Part shown: positions 12,460-24,510 of the stretch, piece by piece
Position numbering within the stretch: the stretch's first letter is position 1
Layout: every line of letters begins with the position of its first letter
Assembly (NCBI GenBank): GCA_012026655.1
Contig: JAAILG010001132.1
Span: forward strand, 1-64,000
Direction: 5' to 3'
Length of the DNA stretch: 64,000 nt
DNA from: Hydrolagus affinis
Taxonomy: Eukaryota
Program-made: the position numbers and the translations under genes
The notes under the pieces: generated by a model
The model's database searches: none
Told to the model about the DNA's origin: nothing
What the model saw: the letters and a program-made list of their open reading frames with translations, nothing else

Positions 12460-12700
12460 CTGGCCTCTTCCCCTGGAGGCATTGACTCACGTTGGGTATA
12501 TTTCTCCAGGAACTAGTTGTCCCTGATACCTGGTCCAAATGGCCATTCCTCAAGTGTGAACCTTGGCAATGAATGCTGTGCGATCGCAAGCCAATTGATT
12601 CTGTCCTGAATTAACATCCGAGCAAGTGCAGCAGTAAGCACTGGATACTAATTAGCAGCGACTGCAATGCCCAGTGGTGCTGATGTCAATTGAGGCACTG
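12460..12700 (-). mobile_element. Ancient SINE relic, AmnSINE2-like
   Basis: Colinear degenerate blocks match my recollection of the AmnSINE2-type consensus in reverse: atacctggtccaaatggccattcctcaagtgtgaacc, gattctgtcctg, cagcagtaagcactggatac, gcccagtggtgctgatgtcaattg. It shares blocks with 41690-41990. Confidence 0.5.
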
Positions 12701-14301
12701 TTTGCAATACTACTCTGGAATCCATCCAGCTGTGGATCAAGTTGGCGGAACCTTTTTGATTATTACGGGTTCATCTCTGCACTGGGTAGTTACCTTTGTC
12801 AACCTGGCAGTGGGAGAGGCACATCTTGTCTTGACGACAAGATAAGGGACTTTATCAAACGCTAGGATTATTATCACAGTTTACGTCAACGAAATCTGGA
12901 ATAACTGTAACGCAATACAAGGCTGAGATTTTCGTTTGGGGGGGGCACACAATTTAATCAGTGTTGTATTTGACCTGACGTGTGAATCAACACCAAACAA
13001 ACAAGATATTTTTGTCAACAGTTGAAGTCTTTAAGTATGTAAACGCGGATAGTGAATATGTCTCAGACAGAATATCACAGCATCACAAGAGAAGTCTGGA
13101 TGAAGAAGCTCACTGCATCCCATTTGATCTCTTTCATCTCGCAAAATAACAACCAGACTTTAATGCTTTCCCATTGAAGCATCAAGTTCTTAACCTAAAT
13201 GAGTCCAGTGTCCTATTCCAGCTGATGAATAGTCACTGCAAAAATAAATACTTCCTTCTGTCTTAAAACCAGCCCTTCACAAGCGAGAATAATAATAATA
13301 ATCCTTGCATTTGATGTAGTGCTTTTCACGTCTTCTAGCCATCTCAAAGAACCTGTGATGTCTTGTCCTTCTACCTTGGTGCTAATAATCTTCCCAGTTA
13401 AAATATGTATATTAGGGTTACTCTCATCCTGTCAATGTTAGAATTGCAATGAAAAGTTTAGCTTCCTGGTTTTGCTCTGGTTGGACAGACACAACTGGTG
13501 GCGCTCAGTCAATAACATTTTAAATACATCGGGCGCTGTGTTTTAGACTGACAGAACCATCTAGGCTTCAAATACTGGCAGCTGGCAAGAGTATAGATCT
13601 GACTCAAAATGAACATGTCTAATCAAATACTCCCTGGCAGAGCGGAGAGGCACAGAAGCTCCAGATATTGGACCAAACATTCAGAGAATAATGTTAGCTT
13701 TTTTTTGGCTGATTTTACATTAACTGTAGAGATGTCTAGCGACCCCTGCGTATATTGCAATGCCCTTACATTAAATGAATGTACCCTAACCTGTGCCTTC
13801 GTTTAGATTTAAATAACTACAATGACAAATCCCAACCTTTGACCCTTCTCGGTACACAAAACAAAACCAAGGTTTCGAGGTCCACATCAAGGTTTCTGTT
13901 GTTTAACCCTTTCCCTCCCACGCAACTTAAAAAAAAAAAGATGTTTGAATCCAGCAACCGAGCACATAAAGAAGCTTTGTATTGTGACCTGACCAGAAAG
14001 ACCAAGGCCATCGGACGTGAATGGAGCTAAGGGATGACAGGCAGCCTGGCTAGAGGCTGGTGTCAGTTGGGTTTTACAGAATCCCCTGGACGTTTGAAGA
14101 TTGTGCTGTCGAGCGAGCGGTTGCTCATTGCTGTGAACTATCGTGTGGATGAATGGATTCTGATTAACATGCAGCATGCAGTTTTAAAAGTGAGGGGGGA
14201 GGCCCTTTTGTGCAATGATTAATTGGCCTTTAAATTCTTATTTGAGTCCTTTTTCTCTCTTCCCCCCCCCCTCCCCACCCCCCACCCACCCTTGTGCATA
14301 G

Positions 14302-14635
14302 AGTTAAGGATGATGGCAGCGGGGAAGTATGCCAGCCTTCCTCGGAATATCCACATCAGTCACCAGTGCTCGCTGGCCTCCGCCATGGACCTGCACAACA
14401 GCGGCACCCCTCCTGTCAAACAGCGCTCCAGCTCCTTCCAGAGCATCTCCATCCACGGCACCCTCCCCAGGAAGAAAAATGGGAAGATCCCCCTCGTGTC
14501 ACGCGACATGTACAGTCCCCGAGGCCCCCAGGCCCAGCTCCCGCCCCAGTCTCGCTTGCGGAACGCCTCGGTGTCCCACGACATCATTGAAGAGCACCCA
14601 ATGCCACAAGGAAAGAGAGAAGACTTCCCTACCAG
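14302..14635 (+). CDS. BCAR3: BCAR3 exon with the canonical start (ELRMMAAGKYASLPRN...SIHGTLPRKK...EDFPTR)
   Basis: Matches the human BCAR3 N-terminus MAAGKFASLPR and SIHGTLPRKK. Acceptor gtgcatag follows a long pyrimidine tract; donor CAG|gtaagg (phase 2). Confidence 0.95.
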
Positions 14636-17600
14636 GTAAGGAGTTAGTCACCGTGGCTCGTGAAATCAGTGCTCACTCTACAATGTAATATTGATTCCAG
14701 TTTGGCAATGGCTTTGGGCTATCATGTTGGTCACTTATGTTCCCTTCTCCCCCTGACTGATTGAGCTGGGCACCACTCACTCTGTTACCAAACTGCTCCT
14801 TTGACTGCCTGGTAGGGGATGTAGAAAGGAATAAACAATCAACTGAGTACCTGATTGCACTCTCTGCAAGGAAAAGCCTTCGCTGTCGCTCCAGATGTCT
14901 GATACCCAGCTGAGTTCAGCAAAGCAAGCCCTCACTCACTGTGCTGCTGCCTGGCTCAGTCTGTCAATGCACCACAATACTGCACATACATATTGATCTT
15001 GATTGTAACCACTGCTCGATGATGGCTTCACAGGTCTGTTACACGAGGTTGCTGATCCCTTGACTGTATATTTTGTGGGCGAAACGCAGCAGCCAATTGC
15101 GCACAGCAGTGTCGCACTGGCAGTCGTGGATTGAAATGACCAAATTATTATTAGTAGTATTTTTTGTGATAATGAACATTCTCTTGCTCAGGGTACTGTT
15201 TGCCATATAATAACTTTGTTAAAACCTTTACCCATATAAAATACAAATTATTTCTTGCTGGTCTTCATATCTGAGATTGTCTTCACACCAGGTAAATCTG
15301 CCTGTTTACATGTGCAGAACTCGTTGACAACTTGACAACTGAGCCTTTGCTTGTTCTGGCTTTTACCTCTCGGATGTTTGCAGGTCTTTACAGGCTTGTG
15401 TTAGTCTGACAGTGCATGTTACGCAATGAGATTTTTGGAACATCTATTTGCAATTTTTTAAGCCTGAAAAGCACATTAAAGTAACCCTTGAAACAACCAG
15501 TAAAAGTTTTTGCAGCACAGTAAATATATTGCCCAACTTCTTACCTTGAGTATTCAATAGCACACTAGCTCCTATCACTTGCAAATACATTACATGTATA
15601 GCTTCAATTTAAAGGCTTATGTAATAATATTTACCTTTGATATAGTGTGTTATCACACGATTGGGATGTCTCAAAGCGCTTCACAGAATATACTGTAACG
15701 TGAATATTTTGTGTGTGAAAAACAGCAGCCAATTGCACCCAGCAGTGTCCTACAATCAGCCATGGATTGATTCTACTTTGTCTATTGGTGTATTGAGTGT
15801 TGTGGGCAAATATTGCAATTCACAATCAAAATAAATCAGTCATGTGTGTTTGTGGGCCCTCGCTGAGTGTGAATTGACTGCCAGGTTTGCCTAAAAATAC
15901 TTGGTCACTTGACAGTGATTATTTTGGAGCGCTTTTGATGTTACAGGCAGATTTTCAAATGCAAATATCATTATTGTAAAATAGTTTCAGTTTGGCCTAA
16001 AATATTTGAATGAACAGAAATTAAAATTTTCTTCACTGAGTTCTGCAGAGAGATGAATTCCCTATTGATGCTCTTGGCAGTTGAACAAGACCTTGTGCTA
16101 ACTTGCTGTCCATTTTCACACGCAACGAAGAGTGAGACAGTGTTCAGTGCAGGAATGCCGGATGCTGGTATTAACACACTGTGTCATACAACAGAAGAGA
16201 TATTCTTATGATGGCACAGTTAGTTCCCTATTCCAGTGCCCCTTCCCCACAGAAAGGGAGAGCAGATCACAATGAACTTGGCTCACAAGCTTCCTAATGT
16301 TCAGCCATATACAGTAAGTGCATTCCTAGATGTTGAACGGAGGGAAGGAAAGTTACCTGTCTGACCTCAGTTGGGAAATGGCACAAGGGGCAGAGAAGAA
16401 TATTTAATACTAAGCTTGATTGATGATTGCTTTCTTTACTGTAATAAATAACTCTTCGTGATGGTGTGGGCAAGGTTCCTTCATGGGAAGATCACAACAG
16501 AACCCGAAACATAATCGAGTGTGTCAGAAAGTGGGTTATAAACGAGGCCCGGGCTCCACGCTTGTTTTAGCCTGTTCCTGTTTGAAAAACAATTGCTGGT
16601 TGTAAAATGTTTAAGACTGTGTTTTATTCCGTGCCTTTCTGACTTGCGAGCAGTGGGTGCAGATGTTATCATGGAAGCGGAATGTTGTGGTGACTTAGGA
16701 GCGAATTGTTGCTCTGTAGATAACCCCACTACAAGGCAAGATGGATTAGCTTTCAGATGCCTGGGGCTGGAGGGGTGAGGGGTTGGTGAGGGGGGCGGGG
16801 GGCAGAACTGCTTTCTAGCAGTCTCAAGGAATGTTTTTTATTTAAAAAATATAATATACACGTACTAAATTGCCCAAGCTTATCATTTATCTGAAAAGGT
16901 TTTTACTTTGAATGAGCGCATTCTCTGAAAGACACGGTGACACATGGATGGAATCCAATCTCATCAGTTGGGAATCGATGTCCGAAGGGATCCAGCGTGC
17001 CATTTCCTTCTTCCCCTGGGAGGGACGCAGTTATTTCTGTGCTGGTGTTATGTACCTTCCAGAGGTTGGCTCAACGTGACATAAGTGAGGATCATTATTT
17101 CCCCCACTTCCCCAGCAGTCTCCGCAAGACACCTGTGCTCAGAGAGTTGTGGTATTTTCGTGGTTAGCCAGCCGGCCGGCCGGCCTACCTCAGGTTTGAC
17201 AGTAATGCCTTAATTGTTAGGAGAAGATATGTGTGGAGTTCAGATGATCGCCTCTTCCTGGACATTACATAGGACTGAACCAGTTTCTACTTACCATGAG
17301 TCACATATAACAGTAATAATTATTATTATTTGATCATTCATATCCAACTGTTTGTGCTACACTGCTGTAAGCAATTGAATTGTGTGATTCACGGATTATA
17401 GTCAGATGTTCACTCGTGCCTGTTTTTCATTAAAGACTGAGTCACTTTGTGTTTCCCTTGTGACAGGTTCTGCATTTCAAAGTTGAATGATGTTTAACTT
17501 TAACGAGTTTCCATTCTTCAGGACAGGTGTTGCCAATGCTAACTTCTGTCAGCACCTTTGGTGAATGTTGGATGAAAACCTTGTTGTCAGTTCAACATTT

Positions 17601-18067
17601 ACACAACAGATTGTTGTGTTTCTCCTATGAATTACACAAAATTACAAACAGAGAGCAGCTGGACTTAATACATTAGACCCTAATACATTTTCAGGAGTTC
17701 ATTAAACAATATTCATTCAATATACCATTGCTAGGGAGAAGACAGAGCACTTTTGACTAACTTGTAATGTAATCCAACAATACTATATGTTGATTTGGTA
17801 GTTTGGGGCAGAAGACAGTCTCAATAACATGGTTAATTACATAGACATGTACTATCAAATGCAAGGTTTATGATTATAACATAGAATGTTAAAATTTGAT
17901 CACTTCCATCATCCATGAACAGGCAAGTTAAGAGGTACAGTCTTTCCTATATCTAATGCAAACAGCCAAAGTTTTCCAGCAGAACAAAATCGGAGAAAGA
18001 ATCCGAATGCTATGGAACTCATCTAAACTAAGCTGCTCAGAAAGTTTATTCTAGAGATAAATATAAC

Positions 18068-18379
18068 AATAATAATAATAATCCTTGCACTTGATATAGC
18101 GCTTTTCACATTTTCTAGACGTCTCAAAGCGCTTCACAGAATATACTGTAAAGTGAATTGACTGTATATTTGCGGGCGAAACGCGGCGGCCAATTGCGCA
18201 CAGCAGCGTCCCCCACAAACAGCTGTGGATTGAAATGACCAATTTTTTTTTGAGGGTTGATTATTATTAGGTGTGTAGATAAGGAAACTTGCCCAGGGTT
18301 TCGTCCTGACCTGCCTGGATTCGAACACAGGTCTCGCACTTGTTAAGGCAAGTGCTGTAATCACTGAGCTACAGGACTC
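18068..18379 (-). mobile_element. tRNA-derived SINE, full length
   Basis: A box tagctcagtga, B box gttcgaatcc, and the shared body and (ATT)n tail. Confidence 0.9.
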
Positions 18380-19939
18380 AAAACTGCAAAAGCTGGAAAT
18401 CTCAAACCACAATCAAACACTGGAAATCTCTCCCACAGCAGTCGACCAGCTTCCAAAAGGTTAAAGAACAAAGACGGGTGGAGAAAAAAATATATTAATC
18501 TGATTTGAATTTCATCAACCAGCCTGTTGGAAACAGCAACTCTGCGATCAAATTCCTTTAAAAGCACTTCCCACATTATGAGCCAGATGAAAAGCCACTT
18601 TGTCGTGCAAAGCCAGCATTAGCGATTGGCAAGTTGGCAAGCCCTCAAAGCAATGCTGCGGTGCGATGTGAGGAAGGGTATTCCTGTGACTTGGTTAATT
18701 ATTGTTTGTTTATTCAGCCTGTTGTGGGAGATGAGCTCCGAGTGTAAAACTGATCACGGCGCTATACACAGAGGCATTGCCCACATTGTGATGCTAAGTG
18801 AAATGTAGACACGGAATTATTCCACATGACCTCTCCATCCCTCATTGTCGATGTAATCCACACAAAGCAAAGACCATGAGAGAGAGTGGGGGGGAGACAG
18901 ACAGACAGATGTCCCATTTGCAACAGCTGTGTGAGTTTCACTTTTTTTAAAAAAAATCTGATTTGAGTAATTGCAGTCATTTACTTAATATTAAGTTCGA
19001 CAATTATTTAACAAGGCTAAAGCTTTTAGTGTGTGTCTCAAGGGGGTAGGGGGGAGAGAGAGAGAGAGAAATGCAAGAGTTTGCCTACAGGATCCTGTGT
19101 CAAATTCAGCGGAGGCAGAAAGAAATAGACTCTTCCCCGTTCCAAGATGAAAAGTCCTCCTTTGGGACCTTCCAATGCACCTCCTACAGGTTGTTTTTAG
19201 AGCAGCATTGGAGGGGACTTAGGACAAAGTATCTCAACCAGCTCAGTCAAAGAGGGAGGTGGAGGGGAGGGGGGGAAAGCCTTACATTGATGCATTACAA
19301 TGTGGGCAAAATTAATCCCCGAATAGCAAAACACGAAGGCCAACTGAAGTCAAATCAAATTTGTTGTGGATTCATGTGTTTAAATTCCACGGGTGTGAGG
19401 CTAACATGGAAAGTCAGCTGCCGATCAGACATGTGTAAGATTGAATGAAAGAAAACTTTCTTAACGTTTGATCTCAGTTATAGAATAGGAAATAAAGGAG
19501 GACAGTCTCAGTGTAGACACCGCCTGAAGGCACTTTCAATCCCGTAGACTGGCCTTCCCTAAACCATAGTCCCACATGAAGCAGATGCAATTATCAGCCA
19601 TGCACCATTAATCACCCCAGTAACATAGAGGCTGAAAGTGTAAAGGGAAGAACCACTCTCTCAATTTCCTTTTCATCTGCTTATGAAGACTTTGAACAAC
19701 CAAATACGTGGGTTTACTTCTATTTATGGAAGAAATGTGGGTGGACGGTGTATGTTATGTGTTTTTATAGACCCAGATTTATTACAGAGGTAGTCACTTG
19801 TGCAATATTAAATGCTTTTTCTCCAGTGTCCTTTCCTCCTCCTCCTCTTCCTCCTCTCCCAAAGGCATTTCCTTCTACTGTGGAATGTTTCCGCAAGTGC
19901 TAGGCACCCTCCACTTTCACCCTCCTAAGTGTTAATACT

Positions 19940-20371
19940 TAATGTCTGCGTCTTGACGATTCCCGTCGGCTGGCTGTTCAAGCAGGTTAAGAGACCATCA
20001 GGTCGCGGCTCCGTTCCTCATCCAGTGTCCATACATATCCTCCTTCACTTAATGTCTCTCGTTAACAATGAGGTCAGGCTACCTGTATCAGTGCAAATCG
20101 AGTGATCCTCTCACTCGTTTTCATATCATCATTCCCTACTCGTCCCACATGACCTCCGTTCCACCATCAATGGCCGTGCCTTCAGCCACTACGCCCCAAA
20201 GCTCTGGAGCTCTCCCACTCAATCCCTCCCCACCTTCAAATCCCACCTAAAGACCCTCAGTTTTGATCGTACTTATGGTTACCTCTCTCCCTGGCTCTTT
20301 GTCACTGTGAAGCGGTCCAGGACGCAACCCATGAAGGACGCTATATAAATGGAAGTTGTTGTTGTTGTTGT
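19940..20371 (+). mobile_element. Degenerate L2 LINE 3' end
   Basis: ggccgtgccttcagcc...ctctgg (G.RAFS..AP.LW), ccttcaaatcccacctaaagacc (FKSHLKT), and tail gctatataaatggaagttgttgttgttgttg. Confidence 0.7.
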
Positions 20372-20547
20372 AAAGCCGGGCTATCGTATCCATTTGAAAA
20401 TGAGTTGCCCTCAGTGATGCCCTGAGGTTAAATCATGTGTCCATTCAATCACCGCGTAAACTGTGTTTCGGTTCCCTTTAAATTATCCTAACAGTAATCC
20501 AGATTAATCCAGTAAATTTACACCAACGCTTCTGTTCTTCTCCACAG

Positions 20548-20587
20548 GAACAAGCACATAATGGACTTTGCCCTGGAATATGTTAAG
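20548..20587 (+). CDS. BCAR3: BCAR3 40-nt exon (R-NKHIMDFALEYVK)
   Basis: Acceptor ttcttctccacag and donor AAG|gtaaga; phases 2 to 0 fit both neighbours. Matches human ...DPTVEYVK. Confidence 0.92.
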
Positions 20588-23500
20588 GTAAGAATTCTGT
20601 TTCTGAACCCTCCACAGTTATCTGATTTACTTTCGTTCAATACTGATTAGCTGCTTGTTGCTTAGATTTATTTGTGAATCGTTTACGTTTGGTTGTTGAG
20701 CCTATCACCATTCAGAAACCGAATCTCCCAGTGTAAATTATACACTGCACATGATGTGTTACATTTACCACTGCGCAATTCCTCATTATAAATGGGTTCT
20801 TAGAACTGACCGAACCATCTTCATGGGATAGTTTGCCTTGTAATTCACGGACCCTGGGAGTGTAACACGTGGAACTGAATTCTGTTGATCAGGCAAAATG
20901 AATGTACTAAAATAGAATGAACTTGAAGGCTGGATCACATTTGCAAGTATACCATTGGCTTCAAGCTGCACGAAGGTACTGTAAAACAGTCACTACAGTA
21001 TTCAGTAATTACAGGCAAACATTTTGAAATGTTTCAATATGATACGGAGCTATAAAAACGTAGGTTCCTTCTTAGGTTTTTCACTGACTCACACGTCCAT
21101 GACGCATAAAAACATTTAAATTAAATTGTACTTCTATCCTTGAGCCTTGGCTTTTCCTTTGGTTTGTTTTTTAAAAAATCTTTTGTGAAAATTCACTTAA
21201 CAGCAAAGAAAATGACCATTCTACACGGGATTAGTTAGGCACATTGTGAAGGATTTACGAAAACAAGGACGCTTTGTTTACCCGAGCATCATGAACTACA
21301 TACAGTGTGTAATAGACAGACAGGATGGCTTTCCACTTTGAGCCCGTTGCCATTGAATGCGCTGAACAAACACAGGCCTGCGATCTCACTGCTGTGCCAG
21401 AGTCCATGTGTGGCTGCACTGTATCACAGCTGCCTGAGCGTACCCATCACAGGGGCCTTTGTAGCTGCCAGCTCTAACTTGCCAGAAATCTGGGGAGCAA
21501 AGCTTTTCTAAGCAGTGTTTTTTTTAAAAAAAATCTCTCCAGTTACCCTTTGATGTTAGAAACTTGAGAAAAATGAACAAGAATTTGTGAGGAGTTTTAT
21601 TTATGGTGACTACTGAACATCCAACAGACAGAGTGGCCAGGCAGTCAGTCCAGCGTATTACATTGTAGCTGCTCTGAAACCACATAAAGAGGATTTTGGA
21701 GAATGTACTAAACACTGTATTAAAGGGGTCTAATTACTTGTTACAAATAAATCAGAGGACAAGGCTAAAAAAAAGTCCCTTAGAAGGTTAATCCCCAGAG
21801 CAAGCCTAAACGAGTGTGGTTATAACATTTCCATTGGCGATCCTACGTGTGATTTCTCCAGCCTGCAATGGATTTCATCTGTTCTGCCCGGACAGAACAT
21901 CACCATAAAGAGAATAAAGCATTGAGTCTAAATTTCCCACCCTAGTGCTACCTTCATTCTTTCTTCCTACCATTTCTCTTTTTATTAATTCCAGTAGATA
22001 ATAATAATAATTCCTGCATTTGATACAGCGCCTTTTCACGTCTTCTAGATGTCCCAAAGTGCTTCACAGAATATACTGTAAAGTGAATTGACTGTATATA
22101 TGTGGGCGAAACGTGGCAGCCAATTGCGCACAGCAGCGTTGTTCCCCCCCAAACAGCCGTGGATTGAAACGACTACGTTTATTTATTTATTTATTTATTT
22201 AGAGGGGTGATGTGATGATCTGTTAATAGATCAGTGTGAGGGGGGGATGCTAGCACCAGAGCGGACACAAGAATGACCCCCTTCTGTGCTGGAACTATTC
22301 CTAGATTCTAGCAATGATATACAGTACAGTACCTGATTTTCCCACTTGGTAGAATGAGTATGGATGTGTCCGTAAGCAGGGAGATGGTGCCCTCTATTGA
22401 TCATAACTGGTACACTCACTTTGAATTCGGGTTGCATTTGCGAAGTGCGTTGGCAGAATCGCGCCAATACATGTTTTGCAGCCCAATGAACAGTGTACTT
22501 CCTTACATCGCCAGACAAGCCAGGGCTTGTTATATTTATTTGAGGACCTCGGTGATATAACAGGATCGGCCTGTAGTTACTAATGTTATTAGAGAGCTGT
22601 TAGCATTCCCATCTCTTATAATAATATTAAAAGATTACCGAATGCTCTGGGCCATTCGGTGGGGCTCTTGCGTAGGTGCTTTCTTGTACATGTGCTCCTC
22701 AGTTCCCAAGTGACTTAAGATGGGATAAACATTCAGACTCGCTTCTCACCCTGGCACATGTGTCATTTGGAGCAGTGCAGCTTCACCCCACACTTTAATC
22801 GACTTTGTTCCGTATTTCAGTATAAACTATGTGCTGCTGTTTATTATCACAGCATTTCTGACTCTGGGTGAATTGCGAAACAGTGATTCATGGTTCCTAA
22901 AGGAATGCAAACATTCCTTCGGTTTGAAACACCAGAGTCTTTAAATTAGCACCAACCATGAAACAAATAGCAAATACTCTACATAATTATTATTAATATT
23001 CTATAATGGAAATACTAGCTGTTTTTATTGGTAGCATATGTTGACTTTATTGTTAGCTTCCAAATCACCATTAAAGATCTTGGGGAATCTTATTAATCTG
23101 CAGGAGTTATGACTATCAATATGTTGTCAAGATGTACGGTTCACAAGCAGTAAAATGAGTCCATTGCATTAAGGACCACAGTCAAAGTAAGGGGATGATA
23201 AAAAGCCTGACCAAAAAAGGGTGTTAGAACGATGGGTGAACGCACCAACAGATTTATCCTGGCTCTTCCACAACAGGCATTGAAAATACATGGGGAAATA
23301 TACAAGTTTTAATTTCGTATCTGCACAAGGAAGGGACTGCAAGATGCAGTGACTGCTGCTCAAAGATAGACCATGAGATGTAGTGGCGGGAATGCATTTG
23401 ATGCTGTTGTGCAGAGGGAGTGATTGTCTGCGTTTGGAGTGCTTTGCTTCTCATGTGTTCTCTTTGTTCTCCCTGATCAATGAATGAAGCAGATGGTCTG

Positions 23501-23939
23501 TTTGAGTAAATAATGACACATGTTAATTATTCATTCTACCGACAAGAGGAAAAATGGCACAAAGGCTTTTGTTATCAATTTTTAATAACAAAATATATGG
23601 TTTGACATTTCCAAAATGTTTCTCATCCTGATTTTGAGTTCCTTCCAGCCAGACATTTAGTGTTACCGATTGGAAAAGGCAGATAGGGTTGGCTTTCTGT
23701 ACCATGTACAGTGATTATTTTAAAAACTATTTTAAATTAAGGTATTTTACTTCCAGTCACAGACTAAATAGTATGGCCTCTCTGACTCCCTGGAGATATT
23801 TGAAAGGTTTGAATCATCAAAAGACGAGTTTCGTCACATATTCTCCAGATAAATTGGTCGCTCACTGCATGGCTCTTTGTGAGAACTTGCTGCGTACAAA
23901 ATGCCTGTCGCATTTGTTTACAAAATAGCCAAGTATCTC

Positions 23940-24295
23940 TTTATCGTTCTGATCTTCTCCTATCCCACTCCCCTACCACCCCCCTCCCCCCACCCCTCGC
24001 CTGCGCCCTCTCCTCACCACCATCGGTGGCAAAGCCTTTAGATTCTACTCCCCTGAAAACTGGTACTCGATCCCTCCTAACCTCTGTCCCATCCCTCTCT
24101 CTTTATCTGTGCGTGTCTTACCTTCAACCTTACTTTTTCAAGCATACCAGTGCCCATCTCCTTCTTCTCCTCGTTCAGCACCCACTTTTTCGAACATACC
24201 AGTGCCCATCTCCTTCTTCTCCTCATTCAGCACCTGACTCCACCTTTGTAAAGCTTTCCAAGGCGTTACCCTACCTGAAGGGTCCTGTGTAAATA
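23940..24295 (+). mobile_element. Degenerate L2 3' end containing a 52-bp tandem duplication (24132-24235)
   Basis: atcggtggcaaagccttt, a pyrimidine-rich UTR and tgtaaagcttt...ctgtgtaaata. Two copies of actttttc(a/g)a(g/a)cataccagtgcccatctccttcttctcctc(g/a)ttcagcacc. Confidence 0.55.
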
Positions 24296-24510
24296 CAGTA
24301 GAAGCCCGTTTATCCGGCACCCAATCAACCGTAACTTCCGTATTAAACGGCATTGCAAAAAAAAAAGGTCCGCATTCGATTAATCGGAATTTATCCAGAA
24401 AAATGCATTGAAATGTTTGGGGTTTTTTGCGTTTTCGGCCGAATATCCGGCAAGCACTTTAGCCGGCATTGGCCAGGTCCTGAGGGAGCCGGATAAACGG
24501 GTTTTTACTG
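24296..24510. mobile_element. Tc1/mariner-pogo (Tigger-like) MITE, 215 bp, TA target-site duplication
   Basis: ta|cagtagaagcccgtttatccggc ... gccggataaacgggtttttactg|ta: 23-bp terminal inverted repeats with 2 mismatches, CAGT termini, TA on both flanks and no coding capacity. Confidence 0.9.
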
